In this document: piece by piece, positions 25,801 through 38,409 of the stretch
How positions within the stretch are numbered: the first letter of the stretch is position 1
Layout: every line of letters starts with the position of its first letter
Assembly (NCBI GenBank): GCA_010015805.1
Contig: ML978127.1
Location: 1,426,001 to 1,490,000 of the forward strand
Length of the DNA stretch: 64,000 nt
Direction: 5' to 3'
Source of the DNA: Rhizodiscina lignyota
Taxonomy: Eukaryota
Translations under genes and position numbers: made by a program
The notes under the pieces: model-generated
The model's input: the letters and a program-made list of their open reading frames with translations, nothing else
Databases searched by the model: none
What the model was told of the DNA's origin: nothing

Positions 25801-26087
25801 ACAGAATCGCACTGGCGTGATATGCACATCGGGTGAATCGAAGCCTTGATATTTGGCCGGTCGATGGCGGTGCAGCAGGCAAATCGGGCGCAGATTGATG
25901 TAAAGGACTCTTGTTCCGGGTCATCCACATCAATGACACCCCCAGGCAACTGCCTCCCACACTGCTGTGCGCTTGGAGAGAGTTCGGAATCGCTCTGATT
26001 GTTGGTAGACTGACATGAATGTTCAGGATTCGGCGGAGCCTGACTATTTGATATCAGTCTAGATACCCTTTCATGAAGGGCCCCCAT
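22864..26087 (-). CDS. DUG2: WD40-repeat + M20 metallopeptidase, Dug2-type glutathione-degradation di/tripeptidase
   Basis: WD repeats (LFSSAGDRIVNVWD, ISGGGDGIIKVW) followed by LFYGHYDV, YGRGVSDNKG, IEGEEECGS, DLHSG, IREGGSIP, AHLNNE; intron near 25406-25449; true start uncertain (26087 or a downstream ATG such as 25700). Confidence 0.9.
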
Positions 26088-27557
26088 GGCGGTCTGATCG
26101 CTGACTCCTTGCGATGGCGAGCTTGCAACGAAGTATTGCGAACACGTCCCTGTATTTGGACTCCCAGACCGCCTTTTGTCGATGGATGTACGGGCAGCTA
26201 TACGAAAAGAAAGTTTGCATCAAAACTTTCAACTTGTATGATTTTTGATTCGAAGTTTCTAACACCACTGTTCTCTCTACACACTTTCCTTTCAGCGCTC
26301 TCCATATGAGCCTGCCCGATCGCTCCTTTCAAACGTTCTCGTAGCGCCATATTCACAGCGCTTTATCAGAGAATCAATATTTTCCGTTTGTGGTTGTACA
26401 GCAAGGGCTGCATGCAATGCACGATCTTATGCGTGTTCCCTCTTCCCCGTCGATGTCGTGCACGGCTAAAATTCAGTCTCAGCTCTCCCTTGAACCTCTA
26501 CTTTTTTAGCCTGAGCCTTTCTTTGACAGATGATATGGTAGTTGTATATGAAGTAGGGAACTCTCCTAACTTACCACATTCCTTTTCTTTCTAGTGTCAA
26601 ATCTGGGATTGTGTAACAATTAGAAAGCATCTCCAATGTCTTGGAGCGCTTTGCATATCCTCATTGAAGATCCGACCTTCTCAGCATGTATGATAGGTTT
26701 CAAGTTCTTTATTCTACAAGTCAATTAGATATTTCTTGAGGGTCCGGCTAATCTAGATTGCTTAAGACTTTCCATTCATCAGCAGCCTTGAAGGCGCAGT
26801 AACTGATATCACGATCTATGAGAGAACATCACTTCTCAAACGCGGCACCGCTGGATCATAGACCTCTCAAGCCACAGCCACAAGTTTGATGGAAGATTTA
26901 GCTGAGTCCGAGGTCTACCGAAGCGCCCGTCTGCACTGTATTGTGCCAGGCAGTGCCACACTGCACCGCGACGGAAGAGTGAGATACGACACGCACCGCC
27001 ACACATCGACGCGTCGGCCCCGTAATAATTGTCAGAAAGTGTGGCGAGTGACCTCGGCCACAGTCCCTGAAGGGCCTCCAAACGCCGATCTCAGCTCTCA
27101 TGATACCGGCCCAGACGCAAATTGATTTTCAAAAGGACTGATCCGATGAAATGCCTCGAAATGTGTCGAACATGGCAGCATCGCTACCAATCAAATGCGC
27201 ACAACCCGTGATTTGGCGTCAATTCGCTGCATGAAGCGCTTCCCTGAGCCCCGCGCGAGTAAACGCCTGCCACGCCAACCGCCGCCAACCTTTCATAAAG
27301 CACCTGCAATCCTGCCTGAGATCGTCATCTTGCGCTTTCATAATGGTCGCCATGCTCAAAACTCAATTTCTTTCATGACATTTGACAAGTCTTTGTTCTG
27401 ACCGCCTCGCGACAAAGCTTTAGTCGAACAAAGACGTGCATAGTCACACCGCCAGCCGCATCCTCATACGAATCTAAAGAGGAATTTCCATATTCCCTTA
27501 CCCGCAAAACCGGGAACCTAAACTACTTCTCATAAACTACTTCGAATCACAGTGAAA

Positions 27558-28915
27558 ATGTTTGGAGAAATTGGGCAGACAATTACGGTTGTCAACAAGT
27601 CAGGAAAGATTGTCAGCAATGTTCGTCCTCCCCAGCCATCTTGCCAACCAAACTGTCGCTAACCGCCATACAGAGCAAACATCTCGTCAACGTCTTCAAA
27701 GAAGCACGAGCCGCCTATCGGGAACGCAAAGCCGAGATCCATTACACACGCGACGCAGAGCACCAGGAGAAGCGAGCCCGTCATGAGCTGAAGCGCCTCA
27801 ATCTCGAAGAGCACGAGAGGCAGTCCTCTCGCTCTTCCAGGCACTCAGACTCCCCTCGCCGATCAAAATCTACTCGTCCTCCTACTCAAAAGCCACTCAT
27901 CGAACGCGGCTACTCAGACAGCTTCTTCGTCAACGATCCTCCAGCACCTCGCAACGGGACGACTCCACCCGTTTACTACAGTCCTTCCGATGGACCTTCA
28001 CAACCTCATCCTCCCAAGCGCTCGAATACGTCTCCCTTACAATTCGATCCACACCTTGCATACGGTGAAGACGTACAGCGTATGGAGATAATGCGCCGAC
28101 ACAGCGATGGCTCAACCCTCACCGCAACACACAAGCGCCGCTCCCGCTCTCTCGACGACATCGACATGGACCTCGCATATGGCGAGCTGCCTCCACCCCT
28201 TCCCGCACGTCGTATGGATGAGGAGACCGAGCTGCGCGGCAAGGTTACAAGGCTCCAACAAATCCTCGACGAGGCGAACTGCTTGCAGCACTCCGTCACC
28301 TCTACCATCGAGAATCTGCAGAAGAATCCCGAGGCGCTGGCCGCTGTGGGCCTGGCGCTTGCGGAGGTGTCGAATCTCGTGACGAAGATGGCACCAGGGG
28401 CGCTGACGGTGCTAAAGGGTAGTTTCCCTGCGGTATTCGCGCTCTTGGCTAGTCCGCAGTTCCTGATTGCAGCGGGAGTTGGCGTTGGTGTGACGGTGGT
28501 GATGTTAGGCGGTTATAAGATCATTAAGAGGATCAAGGATAAGAAGGAGCTTGAGAAAGAGCCGGCGTTCGAAGATGGCCAGATGATGGAGTTGCAGAGC
28601 CAGGGTTTGGGCAGTATCGAGAATTGGAGGAGGGGCATTGCGGAAGCCGAAGCTGAGTCCGTTGGCACAACAGTCGATGGCGAGTTCATCACGCCAATGG
28701 CAGGACGGAGGTTGCTGGAGGAAGGGACCTTGAAACCTGAAGATCTGAAGAGCTCGAAGAGCGGAAAGAGAAAGAGTAAGGAGCATGGGAAGGCGAAGAG
28801 CACGACGAGCAAGGGGAGCAAGAGCAGCTCGAAGAGCGAGAAGGACAGGAAGAAGAAAAAGGAGCCGTCGGGGCTGAGGATGCTGTTCAAGTCTCATTCG
28901 TCTGCCAAAGAATAG
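27558..28915 (+). CDS. Conserved-looking fungal hypothetical protein (coiled coil, one hydrophobic helix, Lys/Ser-rich tail); 2 exons
   Basis: ATG 27558 MFGEIGQTITVVNKSGKIVSN, intron GTTCGT...GCTAAC...CAG (27621-27673), then the 27641-28915 ORF frame. Confidence 0.8.
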
Positions 28916-29056
28916 AGAGCATGGCCTGGCCGGTTGAATTACTTGGGATATTCTGCACATGTCATTGCATTTGATGAGTATATATAAAGCATCAGCGCTT
29001 GGAGTTTTCATGATTCCACTCATGCCACAGCAAAATACCATGTAGACGCTTCACGA

Positions 29057-30435
29057 TCAATCAAAAACAATCTTCGTCCCTTGAAATGCCGCGCTGGCCA
29101 TTGCAGCGGCCTTCTCCTTCGCCTTCTTTCTCGCCTGCCATGATGGATGCAGCTCGCCCTCATCGTCTCTCTTCAGTGTCTTGCCTATTGCCCGCGGCTT
29201 CGTGATTGCCATTTGATTCGCACCCGAAGCATCTCTGTCCTTGTCTCTCCTTAGCCTTATGCTCCTGCCGAACTCGTCCACGCCGGATTCTCTCGCGCCG
29301 CGCTTCGGGTCCCAGTCTGCATTCCTATCCACCTTCTGATTCTTGAGATGTTTTGCCTTTGCACCGTATTTCTTCTCCCAGATCATTTGCCGTGCACGCT
29401 GACCACGGCGATTTTTGCGCGGTGCGACCATTTCTGCTAGGTCTTCGGGTTCAGACTCGGAGCCAGACCAGTAGCCGCCCATTGTGAGAGAAGGAAGGAA
29501 GTTCCGTTTGGATGGGGCCGCCATAGGCTTACCAGGCGCATTACTGGAGGGAGGTGGAGATGCGGAATCTGAGAGTTCGGGAGTAGGTGATCGCTGTGGA
29601 GATGGTGATTGGGATGCGGAAGGCTTGTACGATATCGGTGCTTTCTTGGAAATAGATGCTTTAGAAGGCTCATCTGGCTCGTTATCTTCCTCGTCATCTT
29701 CCTCGACGTCTTCCTCGTCGGATGAGGAAGCTAAACGACCAGCATACTCTTCCATATGGCCAATATCACTTCCTGAAGACAGATCCTCGTCAGGCATCTT
29801 CGACTTAATTGGCTTACGCACTTTCTCTTGCTGGTCCATATGCTCGTCTCCATCAATTGACGGACTCTCAACCTGTTCGCCTCGCCTTGCCTTTTTGTTC
29901 GCCTTTGGTTCTGAGGCCTCCAAGCCAAGTGCTCGCCGAACGTTATTTAACACCTCATCCATCGCCTCCTTCGTTGGATTGGCATTGTATAACCGCGCAG
30001 TCACATTTGCGGTCGCATTGTCGACCACAGTTTTAGGAGGTGCCCTCACATAGGGTGGGAGTAATGGCGAGCTCGCGACTTGTTTTACTCGGAGCAGTAC
30101 TTTGTAAAGATGATGTTGTGCTAGGTCGGTTCGACTGTCGAGATTCTACACCGCTGTCTATCAGTTACGACTCACGAATGTCGACACATGGAAATTCGTA
30201 CCTTTACAGCGCGAATCTCATCATTGATTCGCGATATTTGAGATTCATCCCCAGCCTTAGTGGCTGTCTTTAGCCTTCTGCCTAGCTTCTGTCGCTCGAA
30301 ACCTTGGGCCAGTTTGAGTGCTCGAGTTAGCTGCTTAATACCATTCTGAATCTCTCGTTCAGCCGCCTTGGAGCTGGCAGGGTTTGAGCTCCGAGCGTGC
30401 TCGTCATTTGCATCGCCTCTTTTCCGCTTTGCCAT
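29057..30435 (-). CDS. BUD22: Bud22 family ribosome-biogenesis protein; multi-exon
   Basis: LKLAQGFERQKLGRR N-terminus; KNRRGQRARQMIWEKKYG; C-terminal LHPSWQARKKAKE...FQGTKIVFD. Confidence 0.9.
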
Positions 30436-31351
30436 TGCGATAGCACTTCGGATTTTATGGGTAACGGTTTTCAACTTTCAGATATGTTCGCAACTTTGTC
30501 GCATTTTGGAGAAGAAAAGTTGTGGCCAATGGGCGTCATGCGGCAAGTGCCGCTCGGCTTTCTCCGAATGCTGTGGCTCCCTTTAACGATGAGTTCTTGG
30601 CGGCAACGGCTTTGCTTCATGACAATTCGTTATTTTATGTCATTTTCTTTTCTAGTAGAATGTAGATTTAAGCACTTTTTCTTGTTTTCACATGTTACCT
30701 TGAAATGGACACGGCGCTAGCGGCTTCAGGGCTTTGGCAATCCCGGAGTCGCTATCGTCATTTTCTTTCTGTGAAACAACTGTACTGTGAAAGATATGAA
30801 GCTCAATTATGGACTCACATGTCATGCTCTAAGGAGGACCAATGGCTACCCCTTCGGAGTACGATAAGTCCGGTGCAGCAAACGAAAGAGTGCTGGATTC
30901 AGGAGCTGGAGCGCTCTAGCTGCTGTGCTGTTCTCAACAATCGACCGAAATGGACTTCACTGGTACGCAGGCGCTAAGTTATCTAACGCCAGAAGCTTCG
31001 TGATTACTCTCCAACCCGCTGTATCGTGCCACGATTGTATGAGCTTGCGAATGATTGCCTCATGTGTTACATGCAAATGGCACCATGGGCAGCGATTAGA
31101 TAGCGGAAATGGTTCACGCGCCGACGTATTAGTGCTACTATCAAGAAGATCCCTTGATTGGAAAGTATAACAGGAAGGCTTTTCCCACTCTCCAGTCTTT
31201 CCTTATTCTCCAGCATAATTCTCAGAGCCTAACGCACTTCCACTTCTATCACTATCGCTTTGCACACCTCATATATCTCTACACTCGCCCTCTCCTTATA
31301 CCTTCCATTTTCGAGGACCCTAGCAATATATCTCTGTACCTTGACGCAGCT

Positions 31352-32734
31352 ATGGGCTTGAATAAGTTCTTCGGCAAGGACGGCAAGGCGCAACAGCCTA
31401 CGAAGGGCAAGCGAGCAGCCAGTGGGGCAAATGGTAAGAAGAAAGTGTCAGAGAAAGAAGCTCTGAGGCTCAAGGAGGAGGCAAAAGCCAAGGAGCAGGC
31501 AGTTCCTGAGGATGCTCCTCCTGCATACGCTCCAATTGCGCCGCCTAAACCCTCTCGTAAAGGTCCATGAGTGCAACTTCAATTAGCTGATACTTACATC
31601 TCTGTAGGCAAGCTCCTGGCACTTCCGGCACCCCCAACTCCAAGGTCGCCAATCCCTCGGGCGCAACTTCAGTCAACGGAGCAAGAACAGGACCTCCCCG
31701 CATTTGATGAACACCCTCCACGCCGACCTCCTCAACAGGGATTCGTAGTGGAACTTAGAGAACCTGATGCAGAATTCAATACATATCGGAACCGTCGCCC
31801 GAAGCCACCTGTTCATCAGCAGCCACGGCAACGCGGCGGGTATAATGGTGGACCGCGCCAACAGCGTGCACCATCAGCGCCGCCTCGTATGCGCGAAGAA
31901 GACCCGCATACTCAACAATTACAGCAGCAAATGAATGACTTCTCCTTCGAGGAAGAAGATGGAGAGGAGGAATCATATGCTCCAGTTACCATGAACCCCC
32001 GAATGCGACCAACTCCACAGATGGGTCGTAATCGACCTATGCAAAGGCGCAGGACGCAGCCACAGTTTGAAGGCTTCGACGAGCCCGACATGGCATATGG
32101 TCCAGGTGCAATGGCGCCATATCAGCAGCACCCCGGGCCTATGGCTCTATATTATCAACAACCCGGGCCTATGGTTCCATATACTCAGCAACCAATGCCA
32201 AACCAGGGATATGGACAAATGCCACAGCTACCACCGGGCATGAACCCCCTAGACATGTTCATGCTCCAGCACCAACTGTCAGATCCACAAGAAGCCATAT
32301 CCGCCATGGAGGACAAGTTTAAGCACCACATGGCAGAGATGGAGCGGAAACACCAACGAGCCCTGGATGAGATGGAGAGACGCCAGATGGAGGCAAAGAT
32401 GCAGCGAATGGAGCAGATTATGCAGGAAATGCAAAATAAACATCTCCAAGATTCGATGCAGCACAAGATGGATCTCCAAATGGCGACACAGATGGCTCGC
32501 AATGCGGAGATGACTGCGATGAAGGCAGATATTAGTGCGGGTAGGTCTGCTCAAGTGGCTGAGAAGGCTGCGAAGAAATCCAAGAAGAACAGCACCAATA
32601 ACAAGCCCATCACCATACAGAATACTGTCCATGGTGCGCAATCGACCCAGAATCAGGAGCACACGTCTGCGGGCTGGGGGTTGGGGTATGGCCTGGGATA
32701 TGGCCGCGGGTACGGCCCTGGTTGGTGGTGGTAA
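31352..32734 (+). CDS. Orphan low-complexity protein (MG start, Pro/Gln/Met-rich, coiled coil, Gly/Tyr/Trp tail); 2 exons
   Basis: ATG 31352 MGLNKFFGK; intron GTCCAT...GCTGAT...TAG (about 31563-31606) joins the 387-aa ORF. Confidence 0.75.
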
Positions 32735-33310
32735 TAGTGGTTTTTGCGGTGATAAAGACTCTGAAGCTTCTCTCTCTACTCCTCATATTGTTTACATTGC
32801 TTTGCCTTGTCTTGGTTCTGCCAATAGAGGAATGGGAACAAATGTATTTAAGGAAGCTTCGATCCTCGCGGTCTGCGGATGTTTGACGTCGCCGTGGATA
32901 TAGCTGTCAGCAATTCCTATACTCTTCGTAACTGATATGTAACTCCAATTGAGCGGTATCAGTATTCAGTACTCTAGGATCTCCCGCACAAGCGTTGCAC
33001 CTGCATAAGCTCAATTGACTCGTGCTTTGATTTAACCTCAAAATTAAAATTCGATAGTATAACTAACTCTACCTACTTTGAGTGGAGCGCCGTGCTCTAA
33101 ACACCGTTATGTCCGCTAAACCCAGCGTTGCATCGTTTTAGCAGTTGCTGACACTGGCCAATTTCGAAGCAATGTCAGATTTAAGCATAATTGTGGATCT
33201 TTGGTACGTACTTTCACAGAGTCGAAGCGGCGCAGTACCGCAGCGGATATGTCGGGAATGTGGTGTATAAATCAAGGGGCTCTTCAAAGATGGAGCATCA
33301 ACGAAAATCG

Positions 33311-33901
33311 ATGTCTGTTGCATCGAACATCATCAAGTCTGCAACTCGGCTAAGCAATTTCGGGAGTCTCTCCAAACCATCAAGACCTTTTGCGTTCCAC
33401 TCTCAGCAGTCCCTCTCTCGAGCCCGATTCTTCTCTCAAACAAACTCAAACATGGCACCACCTCCAGCAGAAGAGCTCTACACGAAGCTGACCAGCTATT
33501 GGGATGGCATCAAAGCCCTCAAGCCCGACTCTCCTCAGTCTGAATACGACAAAGTACTTTCGTACTGCACTCCCGATGCCACTTCCTACTTCGCCGGCAT
33601 GGGTGCACCTCCATCCAAAGGGCAAGCGGAATTCTTGGCCTCTTTGAAGAGCCTGACCCAATATTGGGCGCTGCTTGACCGTCGGATTGTCACTGAAGCT
33701 GCAACTTCCAACGGCCTTACGACTACGGTTATCGTCGAGATGGACAACCGCCTAAGGATCATGGGCGAGGAGCTGGACTTCCCGGAATTGGAAGTCGTCG
33801 AGTTCAATGGGGAGGGGTTGATTGCGAATTACAGACTTTACTGCGATCCATCCCCGATCAGGGACATCATCACCAGGAAAATGGCGGAGAAGAAGAAATG
33901 A
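33311..33901 (+). CDS. SnoaL/NTF2-like fold protein with possible N-terminal presequence
   Basis: Core LSYCTPDATSYF...KGQAEFL...VEMDNRLRIMG...EVVEFNGEGLIANYRLYCDPSPI is typical of SnoaL-like domains; alternative ATG at 33452. Confidence 0.75.
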   Translation: MSVASNIIKSATRLSNFGSLSKPSRPFAFHSQQSLSRARFFSQTNSNMAPPPAEELYTKLTSYWDGIKALKPDSPQSEYDKVLSYCTPDATSYFAGMGAPPSKGQAEFLASLKSLTQYWALLDRRIVTEAATSNGLTTTVIVEMDNRLRIMGEELDFPELEVVEFNGEGLIANYRLYCDPSPIRDIITRKMAEKKK

Positions 33902-34222
33902 TTAGTTATTTTTGTTTGAGCCGTTCAAATGTTCAATGTTGAGTCTGATGGATGACTGAGAATTGTGTGGAGCACATGTGCACAGTGCAGACTCGGGACT
34001 TAGCGCGAACGCGATACTCTACCAGGATACGCGTGCACGCCGACTTTTCATCTTGATGCGGCCCAATTTTAGAGACTTTCGATATAGAGTATGATTCTTT
34101 GTACTCCTAATAGACATGGAATAAGGTCGTTGTGTCAATTTTTGTTTTGAATTGTCTACTGCACGTCCCAGTGCTATTACAACTTAGACATCACCTGCAT
34201 ACGCATAGGACGCGTTGTGGAG

Positions 34223-35182
34223 ATGCCTCCTCATTTCCGGAAGTTCATTCGAGCAATTAGTCCCTACGTATCTCTTCCCGTGCGGCTATCGAGGCGAAAT
34301 ATTTGCATATCAATATTTCTCGTCATAATATCTTGTTCTTTGTTTTTCGTCTTCGAGATCTGGCCGGCTTTGATCTCACTTGGTCACGAAACCAAGTTAT
34401 TCGACGAAATCAACAAGCACGAGCAAAGGGAGTTCACACGAAAATACACGCCTCAATGGAACGACAATCCCATCTTCGGTGGCCCACCTCCGCCTTGGAA
34501 CGAACGACCACAGCGCTTGATACAAGATGTCATTCAAGTCACCACTGAGACTTACTCAGGTTCAATGACACTCTATCCCGACGGTACAGGGATGTATCCA
34601 GTCCAAGAGTATTGGGTGTATGTTGGCGGAACACCTCCAAGTCCCTCAGAACCACTGTGGAAAAGGGCTTGGAGAAAGCTAAGCGTTTTCTCTCTTCCTG
34701 GGGGTGGCTGCGTCGATCCCCATGAGACTTGCGACGCGTTCAATCGCGCATTTGACCGATTCGTCGAGCTCATGCACACTAAAACGGTATGGCCATCTCG
34801 AGGACTTCTCCGATTTGTCGATTGCGATAATTCTCCCATTGTTTGCGATAGATGGCAGGTGGACGCAGTTATGCTCGCGCACGTCAAGATGGGCCACTGT
34901 AACATGCTTTTCAAACCCGAGGTAAGGTGGATTTGTGATGTCCGGTGGACTTACGTTGGTCTGCCGCTCAAAGAAATGCCATTCCATCGGTCACAGAAGC
35001 TCCCTGACGGCCGAGTCGTTCCGATATTCCCCAGCGCCTTTGAGCAGCTGTATTCCGTTATGGCCCTCAATGGCGCTCTGGATGCGCTGCAGAATACTAC
35101 AAAACCTCCTCTTGTGGAGTGGACATATCCTAATCCGGACACTTTGAAAGATGATCAAGACGCTGCGGCTCTCGCCGCCTAA
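34223..35182 (+). CDS. Type II membrane protein with Cys-containing lumenal domain (possibly thioredoxin-like fold)
   Basis: Single 320-aa ORF; TM helix ICISIFLVIISCSLFFVF; EYWVYVGG, CVDPHETCDAFNRAF, FVDCDNSPIVCDRW. Confidence 0.65.
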   Translation: MPPHFRKFIRAISPYVSLPVRLSRRNICISIFLVIISCSLFFVFEIWPALISLGHETKLFDEINKHEQREFTRKYTPQWNDNPIFGGPPPPWNERPQRLIQDVIQVTTETYSGSMTLYPDGTGMYPVQEYWVYVGGTPPSPSEPLWKRAWRKLSVFSLPGGGCVDPHETCDAFNRAFDRFVELMHTKTVWPSRGLLRFVDCDNSPIVCDRWQVDAVMLAHVKMGHCNMLFKPEVRWICDVRWTYVGLPLKEMPFHRSQKLPDGRVVPIFPSAFEQLYSVMALNGALDALQNTTKPPLVEWTYPNPDTLKDDQDAAALAA

Positions 35183-36509
35183 CATGGCGTGGACAGGCCG
35201 GTTACATCTAATCGAACAATGGACCAAACTGCGAGCGAAATGGGTAGAAGACGACTTGGGAGCCATCAAACACCAAAGTGCTCGTGCCGTCTATGAAATA
35301 CTCTTGTAGGAATTTCGTAAGCTAGCTCGACGATATCATGAATCCGATAATGAGCTCACTATGTCAACAGAGAACCCGGGTCCCGGAATCCTCATATTCT
35401 CGAGTGTCGATGCGCAGATAGGATATTCTGGCTCAACCACACTTGAGAATATGTTCTGCAGCAAACGATGTGGTTATTCCAGACTTCAAGTACTTATATG
35501 CCCCGAGTTGATTCCGTAATTGAAGGTGCTCAATTGGCCAGTTCTTCATTAAACTAAAGCTACGATCTGTATCGGGTTGTTCAGCGATCAAACCCTAAAA
35601 TTCGGCCGTGGGTAGGCTAGTCAAATGGCTCGCAGCGTGCTGGGCTGCTAATCTGGCATTATCACAACGACACTTGGCCGGGGGCCAAATCTGGGAGCCG
35701 ACATGGTATACCTCGAACGAAGGCTTCAACTCGACCCAAGACTTGTGACAAGAACATCGCGACTATTAATTGTCATCAGCAACTCGACAATCGGAAACTA
35801 CCGTATATTCGATACTCAACAATACAAGCAAATGGGAATAGATATTATCGCCGCTGCTCTCTTTCAAGCATGGACCTGTGACGCCAAGTCTCACTTCCCT
35901 TCGTTGAGAAGCTCTATCGCGACCTCACGATAATATCCCGGGCACTTTGATTATCAAGTATTAACCTTCCGACCTTCTCAGAGAATCGATCTTCCTCGCA
36001 GCCCGTCCCCAAGGTGGCCCGTACGTGTCCTTGTACAGCCATGCGGAGAATGTTCCATCGAACAACTTGGCGGAAGCGCTGCCAAGTCCCGCCCTCCGCT
36101 GTGCTACTGGCGGGGCTCCAATCGATCGACGACAAGCAGCGCTCTTGCAGCCGGAAGCAGCATCGGTATTGTGACCTCTGCGCTGTGAGTGGTCAGGCGG
36201 CGTGGACGTGGTCCAATAACGGCGCGCTCAGGCCTGCACGCCAATGCTGTGATTCTGATATACAACTTCTTGGGCTTCTTGGGAGGCGGAATCTTCATCG
36301 CTCTTCCGGGAAGCTTGTAAGGGAGATGGTGAAGTGGGTTTGATATAAAAGGCAGGTCATATCGTGGAAACTCTGCGGACCTTCTTTACTTCTGAGACCC
36401 TGCACTTTTAGTATTGTCTCCCTAGTCAGTCCTACTGTCCTACAGAGTGCAATATTTCTTTAGCTTTCTATAGTTTCCTCAGTCTCATCGATCGTAACTG
36501 CTTGACATC

Positions 36510-38057
36510 ATGTCTTCCAACGAGCCCGCCGAGCCTATTGCCAACGGCATCATCCCCGTCGCCAAACAAAGCTTCGCAGACCTCTTCCGCTGGAAGATGA
36601 GAGTCGAAGTGCTGAATGAGTACGGCGAGAAGCGAGCAGAATGGCAAGACCCGCCACCAATTAGGAACCCAATCAGTCTCTTCATGCAGCTATCCGCAAG
36701 GGATTGGATCTTCTTCCTTGTGGGCTTCTTCGCTTGGGTCGCCGATGCGTTTGACTTCCACGCCTTGTCCATCCAGACTGTGAAGCTTTCGGAATACTTC
36801 CATACTTCAAAGACAGACATCACCACGGCCATCACACTCACGCTTCTCCTCCGCTCCGTCGGCGCTGCCTTTTTCGGATTGGCGGGTGACAAGTTCGGCA
36901 GGAAATGGCCCATGGTCATTAACATGATCATCCTTGGCTTTCTGCAAATCGGCACGATATACAGCACCACATATCAGCAGTTCTTAGCCGTGCGAAGCCT
37001 CTTTGGTCTCTTCATGGGCGGCGTGTATGGCAACGCGATCGCCATGGCCCTCGAAAACTGCCCGACGGACGCTCGTGGCCTTATGTCTGGAATCCTTCAG
37101 CAGGGCTACTCGCTAGGCTATGTCCTCGCCGCGTGCACAAACCTCGGTGTCGGCGGCGAAACCGAAACATTCAAGACCGTCTTCTGGGTGGGCGCCGCAC
37201 TCTCCTTCGCCGTCGGCATCATCCGCGTCTTCTTCCCCGAGTCGAGACAGTTCATCGAGGCGCGCAAGGCCGGCAAGAAAGCAACGGCGCCGTCCGCCTT
37301 CTGGCAGGAGACCAAGGCGATGCTGGCGAAGGAGTGGAAGATGTGCATCTACTGCATCATCCTCATGACATGGTTCAACTATTACAGCCACACGTCTCAG
37401 GACAGCTACACGACCTTCATGCTCGAGCAGAAGGAGCTCGACAATGCCGGCGCATCACGCGCTTCCATCCTCATGAAGGTCGGCGCCTGCGTCGGTGGCA
37501 CCATCATCGGGTACCTGTCGCAGTGGATCGGGCGTCGACGGGCGATGGTCGGTGCGGCGCTGATTTCCGGATTTCTGATCCCGGCGTGGATCCTGCCCCT
37601 TGGAGAGCGAAGCCTTTCGGCATCCGGCTTCTTCATGCAATTCTTCGTGCAGGGGGCATGGGGCGTGATTCCGATCCACCTGAACGAGCTGTCGCCGCCT
37701 GCGTTCCGGTCGAGTTTTCCCGGCATCACGTACCAGATTGGGAATATGATCTCGTCGCCCTCTGCGCAGATCGTCAACGCCATCTCCGAGAAGACGTACG
37801 TTACGGCTCCCTACACTGGTGATACAGTGCAGGCATATGGCCCTGTGATGGGCGTTGCGACTGCGATCATTGCCCTTGGTATAGCTGTCACGGCGGCGCT
37901 CGGGCCTGAGAAGCGCGGAAGACACTTTGAGACTGCTAGGATTGCCGGTACGCAGACGATTGAATATGTCAAGGACGTGGAGAATGATGCGGAGAGCACC
38001 AAAGGGATCGGAGCTGAGCGTATCGAGATGAGCGACAAGAAAGACGAGGCCAAGTAA
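36510..38057 (+). CDS. JEN1: MFS carboxylate/H+ symporter, Jen1/Jen2 family
   Basis: About 12 TM helices; GDKFGRKWPM; ARGLMSGILQQGY; Jen signature NYYSHTSQDSYTT (NxxS/THxS/TQDxxxT); Jen1 vs Jen2 subtype not resolved. Confidence 0.9.
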   Translation: MSSNEPAEPIANGIIPVAKQSFADLFRWKMRVEVLNEYGEKRAEWQDPPPIRNPISLFMQLSARDWIFFLVGFFAWVADAFDFHALSIQTVKLSEYFHTSKTDITTAITLTLLLRSVGAAFFGLAGDKFGRKWPMVINMIILGFLQIGTIYSTTYQQFLAVRSLFGLFMGGVYGNAIAMALENCPTDARGLMSGILQQGYSLGYVLAACTNLGVGGETETFKTVFWVGAALSFAVGIIRVFFPESRQFIEARKAGKKATAPSAFWQETKAMLAKEWKMCIYCIILMTWFNYYSHTSQDSYTTFMLEQKELDNAGASRASILMKVGACVGGTIIGYLSQWIGRRRAMVGAALISGFLIPAWILPLGERSLSASGFFMQFFVQGAWGVIPIHLNELSPPAFRSSFPGITYQIGNMISSPSAQIVNAISEKTYVTAPYTGDTVQAYGPVMGVATAIIALGIAVTAALGPEKRGRHFETARIAGTQTIEYVKDVENDAESTKGIGAERIEMSDKKDEAK

Positions 38058-38409
38058 GCTGGACAGAGATCCTGAGTCTCATGACGGTGATGTGGTAGAG
38101 GATTCATGAATGCAGCATGCGTAACAGACGCTCAGTCTCTAGTGTTATTCCGACTCACTGCTCCGAATGTCATGTCGTCAACAATCTGTACCTCAGCGCA
38201 AGAGTGCGCTGGCCAGGCAGCAAGCGAGCTCAAATTAAGTTGTATTAAGGATAGTTCATAAGCGTGAGCGTCGGTAGTCTACAAATCCCCCATCGGTATC
38301 TACATGCTGTCAGTTTTATTTATGTACAGTCGTAGCAATCATAATGTCATTAAATGCCGAAGAATGCAGATAGGGTATATCCTCCCCATACGCTCTTTTG
38401 AGAAACTTT

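Noticed and set aside
35184..35520. YEILL*EFRKLARRYH resembling a DnaJ J-domain fragment
   Set aside because: Internal stop, wrong spacing and no HPD motif; probably chance
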